DNA of 64,000 nucleotides from NCBI RefSeq assembly GCF_055900595.2, contig NZ_CM148325.1; one strand, 5' to 3'. Shown piece by piece: positions 56,465 to 64,000 of this stretch (position 1 is its first letter; each line of letters starts with the position of its first letter). The notes under the pieces were generated by a model. It saw only the letters and a program-made list of their open reading frames with translations, ran no database searches and was not told where the DNA came from. The position numbers and the translations under genes were made by a program.

Positions 56465-56568
56465 GTCGTTATACCTGACAATTCACATATCTGTCCTGTT
56501 GCTGGATTATTTATGTCCGGGGGGGCAGATATGCCAGATATCAGTACTCTGTACTGAAGGGAGAGTTT

Positions 56569-57921
56569 ATGAACCAGATATTAAAAGTCGTCACTATTGG
56601 TGGCGGGAGCAGCTATACCCCGGAATTACTGGAAGGATTTATTAAGCGTTATCACGAATTGCCGGTCAGCGAATTATGGCTGGTGGATGTCGAAGATGGT
56701 AAAGAGAAACTGGATATTATTTTTGATCTCTGCCAACGGATGATTGATAACGCTGGCGTCCCGATGAAGCTTTATAAAACGCTGGATCGCCGCGAAGCAT
56801 TGAAAGATGCTGATTTCGTTACTACCCAACTGCGCGTAGGCCAATTACCGGCGCGCGAACTGGATGAACGTATTCCATTAAGTCATGGTTATCTTGGTCA
56901 GGAAACTAACGGCGCGGGCGGTTTGTTTAAAGGTCTGCGTACCATTCCGGTGATTTTTGACATCGTAAAAGATGTCGAAGAACTTTGTCCGAATGCATGG
57001 GTGATTAACTTCACTAACCCGGCGGGAATGGTCACTGAAGCCGTTTATCGTCATACCGGATTTAAACGCTTTATCGGCGTGTGTAATATTCCGATCGGCA
57101 TGAAGATGTTTATTCGCGATGTTCTGATGCTGAAAGACAGCGATGATTTATCTATCGATTTGTTCGGCCTCAACCATATGGTGTTCATTAAGGATGTGCT
57201 GGTAAATGGCAAATCACGCTTTGCCGAATTGCTTGATGGTGTGGCATCCGGGCAGTTAAAAGCATCTGGCGTTAAAAATATTTTCGATCTGCCATTTAGC
57301 GAAGGCTTAATTCGTTCTCTGAATCTGTTGCCGTGTTCTTATTTGCTTTATTACTTCAAGCAAAAAGAGATGCTGGCTATTGAAATGGGCGAATACTACA
57401 AAGGCGGCGCACGAGCGCAGGTAGTACAGAAAGTCGAGAAACAACTTTTTGAGCTATATAAAAACCCGGAGTTGAATGTTAAGCCGAAAGAGCTGGAACA
57501 GCGCGGTGGGGCTTATTACTCTGATGCAGCGTGCGAAGTGATCAACGCTATCTACAACGACAAGCAAGCAGAACATTACGTTAATATCCCGCATCATGGG
57601 CATATTGATAATATTCCGGCAGACTGGGCGGTAGAAATGACCTGTACGCTGGGGCGCGATGGCGCGACGCCACATCCGCGCATTACGCATTTCGATGATA
57701 AAGTGATGGGGCTGATTCACACCATCAAAGGCTTCGAGATTGCTGCCAGCAACGCCGCACTTAGCGGGGAATTTAACGATGTGTTACTGGCGCTAAACCT
57801 TAGTCCGTTGGTGCATTCCGATCGCGATGCTGAGCTGCTGGCACGCGAGATGATTCTGGCGCACGAGAAATGGCTGCCAAATTTTGCCGACTGCATCGCA
57901 GAGCTTAAAAAAGCACATTAA
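56569..57921 (+). CDS. chbF: 6-phospho-beta-glucosidase (GH4)
   Basis: 450-aa ORF, N-terminal NAD-binding GGGSSYTPE. Confidence 0.95.
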   Translation: MNQILKVVTIGGGSSYTPELLEGFIKRYHELPVSELWLVDVEDGKEKLDIIFDLCQRMIDNAGVPMKLYKTLDRREALKDADFVTTQLRVGQLPARELDERIPLSHGYLGQETNGAGGLFKGLRTIPVIFDIVKDVEELCPNAWVINFTNPAGMVTEAVYRHTGFKRFIGVCNIPIGMKMFIRDVLMLKDSDDLSIDLFGLNHMVFIKDVLVNGKSRFAELLDGVASGQLKASGVKNIFDLPFSEGLIRSLNLLPCSYLLYYFKQKEMLAIEMGEYYKGGARAQVVQKVEKQLFELYKNPELNVKPKELEQRGGAYYSDAACEVINAIYNDKQAEHYVNIPHHGHIDNIPADWAVEMTCTLGRDGATPHPRITHFDDKVMGLIHTIKGFEIAASNAALSGEFNDVLLALNLSPLVHSDRDAELLAREMILAHEKWLPNFADCIAELKKAH

Positions 57922-58692
<771 letters not shown>

Positions 58693-58702
58693 GTAAGGTG
58701 GT

Positions 58703-58730
58703 AAGGTCACTCCCCAGGGGGCGTGACCTT
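58703..58730. terminator. bidirectional hairpin between convergent chbG and katE
   Basis: AAGGTCAC-N12-GTGACCTT. Confidence 0.55.
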
Positions 58731-58738
58731 ATCCATAT

Positions 58739-61000
58739 TTACGCCGGGATTTTGTCAATCTTAGGAATGCGTGACCACACGCGGTGTGCTGCCATCAGCG
58801 TTAACAGTTCATCCATAAAACTACCATCGGCGCTGTCAGCTTCCACAATCCCTTCTTCACCCTGGTCAGCGACCTTGATTGTTGCTTTAAACTTGCGCGC
58901 GTCTCCCGCCAGCGCAATCGGTTTAAGGTGTTTGTAGGCTTCCATCAGGTAGTAGTTGGCATCGCCGTTGTCAGCGATATCCGCGATATTGCCGCAAGGG
59001 ACAATAACCGCATCGACCGTCAGCGAAGGGGCTCCGGCAAATGTAGCGGCTATCGGCAGCACCGTACCGTCATCCGCAGTCACTTCACCCATTCGGGAGT
59101 AGAGCAGTTTGGCATGAACGCCTTTGGCCTTCAGCGCCTTGAGAATGGCCAGAAGGTCTGCCGATCTCACTTCATCATTAAGCAAAATCGCTACCACGCG
59201 ACCTTTTACATCACCGTCAGGAATGGCGTACAGACTTAAGGATGGATCCTTTTTCAGACCGTTGACGTCCGGAGGCGGGGTGATATTCAGCTGGTCGTCA
59301 GTCAGTTCGATACCGAGATTTTTCGCCACCGCCTGGGCCAGAGTGAGATCAATATGCGCCAGCTGGTCAACAACGCGCTCACGAATATACGGACGAACTA
59401 CTTTGCTTAACTCAAAGCTGAAACCATCGACAACATGGCGCTGCTCGAATGGCGTCTGACTTAGCCAGAACAGACGCGGATGGGAATAATATTCGCCAAA
59501 CGATGGACTGCGCTCGCGAACTTTATTTCCTTCCACGCGTTCCTGGTATGATTCAAAACCGCCACGTTTCGGCCCCGGCGGTGTTTCGCGCGGCCAGTTA
59601 TCGTTGATCGAGTTCGGTTCATAATTCGCCGGGTTAGTGTCGATCCCCATACGATGCATGCCGTCACGCTGGAAATTATGGTAAGGGCAGGTCGGGCGGT
59701 TAATCGGAATCTCATGGAAATTTGGTCCGCCAAGACGACTGATTTGTGTATCGGTATAAGAGAACAAACGCCCCTGCAACAGCGGATCGTTGGTGAAATC
59801 CAGACCGGGGACAATATGCCCAGGATGGAAAGCCGCCTGTTCGTTTTCGGCAAAGAAGTTATCCGGGTTGCGATTGAGCACCATTTTGCCAACACGCTGA
59901 ACGGGTACCAGTTCTTCCGGGATGAGTTTGGTTGGATCGAGAAGATCGAAGTCAAACTTGAATTCATCTTCTTCAGGAATCAACTGGAAGCCCAGTTCGT
60001 ATTCCGGAAAATCGCCTGCTTCGATGGCTTCCCACAACTCGCGGCGGTGGAAGTCCGGGTCACGTCCGGTTAGTTTTTGTGCTTCATCCCAAACGAGTGA
60101 GGCTTTACCTGCCAGTGGTTTCCAGTGGAAACGTACGAACGTTGCCTTCCCTTCGGCATTAATCAGGCGGAAGGTGTGAATACCGAAGCCTTCCATGGTG
60201 CGGTAACTGCGCGGGATCCCGCGATCCGACATCGCCCACATCACGTTGTGCAGAGTTTCAGGTTGCAGAGAAACATAATCCCAGAAAGTATCGTGGGCGC
60301 TTTGCCCTTGTGGGATTGCCCAGTGCGGTTCTGGTTTTACCGCATGAACAAAATCAGGGAATTTATGCGCATCCTGAATAAAGAAGATCGGCGTGTTATT
60401 GCCAACAAGGTCAAAAATACCCTCTTCAGTATAGAACTTGGTGGCAAAGCCACGGATATCACGCACGGTATCAGCAGAGCCAGCACCACCCTGAACGGTG
60501 GAGAATCGGACAAAGACCGGGGTAATTTTGTTGGGGTCTGACAGAAAATCCGCTTTGGTGATATCGCTTAAGCTTTTATATGGCTGGAAATAACCGTGAG
60601 CGGCTGAGCCGCGTGCATGAACAATACGTTCCGGGATGCGCTCATGGTCAAAGTGAGTGATTTTCTCGCGCAGAATAAAATCTTCCAGCAGCGTTGGACC
60701 ACGGTTACCGGCGCGCAGTGAGTTTTGATCGTCGGCGATGCGCACACCCTGATTAGTGGTCAGCGCATAATTTTCACTGCCTTTGCGTACGTCTTCCAGA
60801 GAATTAAGTTTTTCGTTACGCGTATCAGGGGCTTTCAGACTCCCTGGGGCGGTAGGTTGTGCACCTGGCGGTGTTGGTTCAGCCGCTGGACGATGAGATC
60901 CGTCCTCAGGTGCCAGTGAGTCCATCCCCGGTTTCGCTTCGCTGGAATCGTGTAGTGGTGACTGGTGCTGATGTGGGTTCTTTTCGTTATGTTGCGACAT
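58739..61000 (-). CDS. katE: catalase HPII
   Basis: 753-aa large-subunit catalase. Confidence 0.97.
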   Translation of the reverse strand: MSQHNEKNPHQHQSPLHDSSEAKPGMDSLAPEDGSHRPAAEPTPPGAQPTAPGSLKAPDTRNEKLNSLEDVRKGSENYALTTNQGVRIADDQNSLRAGNRGPTLLEDFILREKITHFDHERIPERIVHARGSAAHGYFQPYKSLSDITKADFLSDPNKITPVFVRFSTVQGGAGSADTVRDIRGFATKFYTEEGIFDLVGNNTPIFFIQDAHKFPDFVHAVKPEPHWAIPQGQSAHDTFWDYVSLQPETLHNVMWAMSDRGIPRSYRTMEGFGIHTFRLINAEGKATFVRFHWKPLAGKASLVWDEAQKLTGRDPDFHRRELWEAIEAGDFPEYELGFQLIPEEDEFKFDFDLLDPTKLIPEELVPVQRVGKMVLNRNPDNFFAENEQAAFHPGHIVPGLDFTNDPLLQGRLFSYTDTQISRLGGPNFHEIPINRPTCPYHNFQRDGMHRMGIDTNPANYEPNSINDNWPRETPPGPKRGGFESYQERVEGNKVRERSPSFGEYYSHPRLFWLSQTPFEQRHVVDGFSFELSKVVRPYIRERVVDQLAHIDLTLAQAVAKNLGIELTDDQLNITPPPDVNGLKKDPSLSLYAIPDGDVKGRVVAILLNDEVRSADLLAILKALKAKGVHAKLLYSRMGEVTADDGTVLPIAATFAGAPSLTVDAVIVPCGNIADIADNGDANYYLMEAYKHLKPIALAGDARKFKATIKVADQGEEGIVEADSADGSFMDELLTLMAAHRVWSRIPKIDKIPA

Positions 61001-61203
61001 TGAACTCGTCTCCTTAATGTATTACTGAAAGGGCCGCTGTTTTGGTCAAAAAACTCTCTAACTATAGACCACCAGCCAGATCCCGCTTCGGAGACTATTC
61101 TGGAAACGGTGTTATGAAATACACGCAAAGCGGGACGTACAGGGGCTAAATCGGCTAAACTACAGTTTTTCTGATTTTTAATATGCGTTTAGTGAAGCCA
61201 GTA

Positions 61204-61446
61204 ATGAAGAAACCGCTCCGTCAGCAAAACCGCCAGATTATTAGCTATGTCCCACGCACGGAACCCGCGCCGCCAGAACATGCGATAAAGATGGATTCGT
61301 TTCGTGATGTCTGGATGCTGCGTGGCAAATATGTTGCGTTTGTACTGATGGGAGAGTCATTTCTGCGCTCACCGGCGTTTACTGTGCCTGAATCCGCCCA
61401 GCGTTGGGCAAATCAGATCCGCCAGGAAGGGGAAGTGACTGAGTAA
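61204..61446 (+). CDS. cedA: cell-division modulator CedA
   Basis: 80-aa form starting MKKPLRQQNRQ; ORF finder gives 61183 as alternative start. Confidence 0.85.
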   Translation: MKKPLRQQNRQIISYVPRTEPAPPEHAIKMDSFRDVWMLRGKYVAFVLMGESFLRSPAFTVPESAQRWANQIRQEGEVTE

Positions 61447-61733
61447 GGATTACGTACCTCCCGGTTTGGCCGGGAGTTACATGGCCTGAAATTCTGTATT
61501 TCGATGCAACATTCATTCAAATCACCTGTAACAAAAAGCTGCCTTTGACGATCTATTGCTATAAATAAGTGATCTTTTTTCTTTAATTGTTTATTTATTT
61601 TATAATAGTTAAGTTTAGCTAATCAGAATGAGCTATTTTTGATAGTTCATCCTGTGGCGTTGCCATTAAACTTATATTGTAAATTGCTTAGATTCAAATG
61701 AGATAATAATTTTGTTGAAATACGAGGTGGGAG

Positions 61734-62537
61734 ATGTTTTCTACAAACTTAATACAGAGTGATTATGGTAATTTAAATATTAAAAACCTTGCCTTCAACT
61801 CTTTTAAAGAAAGGCTGCAGTCTACCATGACAGCACTCACTTTCTTTATATCAACGGGTCAATGTGCCTGCGATGAAATAGCAGAATCAAACTTCAATTA
61901 TATGATTACCTATATGTCTAACATTAACTATGATGCCTCAAAGCCAGGAGCGCCAGCACTTAGTTTTGATACATATCTGCAGGACAATGTTAAATATAGA
62001 GTGATAATTAATAATCTTTATGGTAGTGAAATTAGGATAAGAGGTATTAATGAGAATTTTGTTGGGATGGATTTTACCTGTGAATTCCGACCAGAAAAAA
62101 TGACCAATTTGATCAATATAAAAAACAGGTTGGTTATTCAGTATTTAAGAACGATATACTATGAACAAAATTATATACATCCTGTTGGGAGCATTTTTGC
62201 TGCGATTCAAAAAAATGAGAGTCTCCTAAAGTTTCCTTCGGTAATATCAATGCTTAATGTCAATCTTCTTTTTAATCCACTGAATCTTCCGGGAATGGGA
62301 AGTGGTGTGCTTGAAGAGATTATGAGTATTTCAGATAGTTCACTTAGAAAACGTCTTGGGTATGAGGTTTTAAGCTTCTCGCTACAAGCACATTCATTGA
62401 GTCAGGAATGTATTGATAAGTTAGCCATTTTTTTCGCTGACGATCTGTTTAAATATGAGTCAGTATGCATCGCCGCGATGGAACATTTAAAAAGTAAGGC
62501 AACGGCCCCTATACAAAACGGACCGTTGCCAGCATAA
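61734..62537 (+). CDS. ydjO: uncharacterised protein YdjO
   Basis: 267-aa ORF in AT-rich DNA at the expected position next to cedA. Confidence 0.75.
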   Translation: MFSTNLIQSDYGNLNIKNLAFNSFKERLQSTMTALTFFISTGQCACDEIAESNFNYMITYMSNINYDASKPGAPALSFDTYLQDNVKYRVIINNLYGSEIRIRGINENFVGMDFTCEFRPEKMTNLINIKNRLVIQYLRTIYYEQNYIHPVGSIFAAIQKNESLLKFPSVISMLNVNLLFNPLNLPGMGSGVLEEIMSISDSSLRKRLGYEVLSFSLQAHSLSQECIDKLAIFFADDLFKYESVCIAAMEHLKSKATAPIQNGPLPA

Positions 62538-62540
62538 GAA

Positions 62541-63932
62541 TTAACGGTGTGCCAGTTCGGCGTCGTCTTCGCTATCCAGAATGGCTTTATCGGTTTGCTT
62601 CAGCCACTGGCTGGTCAGCGTGCCAGCGGTCATCGAGCCACTAACGTTTAGCGCCGTACGGCCCATGTCGATAAGCGGTTCAACGGAGATTAACAATGCC
62701 ACCAGCGTTACAGGCAGGCCCATCGCAGGCAGCACAATCAGTGCGGCGAAAGTTGCGCCACCACCGACACCGGCAACGCCTGCGGAACTAACGGTAACAA
62801 TACCGACCAGCGTCGCAATCCACATCGGGTCCAGCGGGTTAATGCCAACCGTAGGCGCAACCATCACCGCCAGCATTGCCGGATACAAACCGGCACAGCC
62901 GTTCTGACCAATGGTCGCACCGAAAGAGGCGGCGAAACTGGCGATGGATTCAGGAACACCGAGTCGACGCGTTTGTGCTTCCACATTAAGCGGGATAGAC
63001 GCAGCACTGGAACGGCTGGTAAAGGCAAACGTCAGTACTGGCCATACCTTACGGAAGTACTTCAGCGGGCTCACGCCATTAATGCCCAGCAGAAGGCCAT
63101 GCACTGCAAACATAATCAGAAGACCGAGGTAGGACGCGACAACGAAACTACCCAGTTTGATGATGTCTTGCAGGTTAGAACCTGCAACCACTTTGGTCAT
63201 CAGCGCCAGAACGCCGTAAGGGGTCAGCTGCATGACCAGGCGAACCAGTTTCATCACCCAGCTTTGCAGGGTATCGATAGCGGTTAAGACGCGTTCACCT
63301 TTCGGCGCATCATCCTTCAGCAGCTTCAGCGCAGCTACGCCGAGGAATGCGGCAAAAATTACCACGCTGATAATTGACGTCGGATTGGCTCCGGTCAGAT
63401 CGGCAAACGGGTTTTTCGGGATAAAGGACAAGACCAGCTGCGGAACGCTCAGGTCAGAGACTTTACCAACATAGTTACTTTCGATGGCGTTCAAACGTGC
63501 AGTTTCTGCACCACCCTGAACCAGACCTTCAGCCGTCAAACCAAACAGGTTGGTGACCAGCACACCGACCAGCGCCGCAATCAGCGTGGTAAACAAAAGC
63601 GTTCCGATGGTCAGAAAACTGATTTTGCCTAACTGTGATGCGTTATGCAGACGGGCAACCGCGCTCAGAATAGAGGCGAAGACTAACGGCATAACGATCA
63701 TTTGCAGCAGTTGAACATAGCCGTTACCAACGATGTTAAACCACTGTACAGAATCTTTAAGTACCTGCCTGTCAGAACCATAAATGGTATGCAGGGCGAG
63801 GCCAAAAACCACACCCATCACCAGACCCACCAGCACTTTTTTCGCCAGACTCCACTGTTTATGGCGGGTCTGAGCCAGCGCAAACAGCAGTACAACGAAC
63901 ACCACGATGTTCGCAATTAATGGAAAGTTCAT
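62541..63932 (-). CDS. tcyP: L-cystine transporter TcyP (YdjN), dicarboxylate/amino-acid:cation symporter family
   Basis: 463-aa polytopic ORF. Confidence 0.9.
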   Translation of the reverse strand: MNFPLIANIVVFVVLLFALAQTRHKQWSLAKKVLVGLVMGVVFGLALHTIYGSDRQVLKDSVQWFNIVGNGYVQLLQMIVMPLVFASILSAVARLHNASQLGKISFLTIGTLLFTTLIAALVGVLVTNLFGLTAEGLVQGGAETARLNAIESNYVGKVSDLSVPQLVLSFIPKNPFADLTGANPTSIISVVIFAAFLGVAALKLLKDDAPKGERVLTAIDTLQSWVMKLVRLVMQLTPYGVLALMTKVVAGSNLQDIIKLGSFVVASYLGLLIMFAVHGLLLGINGVSPLKYFRKVWPVLTFAFTSRSSAASIPLNVEAQTRRLGVPESIASFAASFGATIGQNGCAGLYPAMLAVMVAPTVGINPLDPMWIATLVGIVTVSSAGVAGVGGGATFAALIVLPAMGLPVTLVALLISVEPLIDMGRTALNVSGSMTAGTLTSQWLKQTDKAILDSEDDAELAHR

Positions 63933-64000
63933 CCCCGTTCTCCTGATCTTATTATTTCTATCACTGCGTAGCAGTAATAGTGTTGGCGCAAGATTAACAG

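Noticed and set aside
59461-60541. Several 100-170-aa ORFs inside katE on both strands
   Set aside because: Internal to a 753-aa catalase gene with strong family identity; shadow ORFs.

Overview
Enterobacterial (Escherichia/Shigella-type) chromosomal window in two parts. I found no intact, recognisably novel multi-gene system: no CRISPR array, no tRNA or rRNA gene, no recognisable defence operon. Right part (about 38.9-64.0 kb) is conserved core genome, collinear with the region I recall from E. coli K-12 but in inverted orientation: ynjA-ydjZ-ydjY-ydjX-xthA, then astCADBE with a sigma54 promoter, spy, ves, cho, nadE, osmE, chbBCARFG, katE, cedA, ydjO, tcyP. Left part (1 to about 38.9 kb) is an accessory mosaic bounded by a P4-type tyrosine integrase immediately beside ynjA. 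It is saturated with insertion sequences: IS100-like (entering from the left edge), an IS66-family remnant, IS21 (istB truncated), three or more IS110-family remnants, several IS3-family remnants including an IS911-like one, an exact 1153-bp IS630 with TA duplication, an exact 1329-bp IS10 with a perfect 9-bp target duplication, and an IS903 remnant. Apparently intact cargo: the Fur-regulated adhesin/siderophore receptor gene iha, an amiC-like Tat-secreted amidase in a non-canonical AT-rich context, a PhoX-family Tat-secreted phosphatase, a divergent cytochrome b562 homolog and a PerC-family regulator. Decayed cargo: an ICE-type conjugation module, an ABC transporter, a ugpB remnant that keeps its pho-box promoter, and a polysaccharide deacetylase / GT4 glycosyltransferase / EptA-like cluster. 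The most credible candidates for something undescribed are the divergent cytochrome b562 homolog, the amiC allele with a replaced 5' end, and an orphan 94-aa ORF divergent from iha. All family assignments rest on reading the translated ORFs against remembered protein families; no database search was run.
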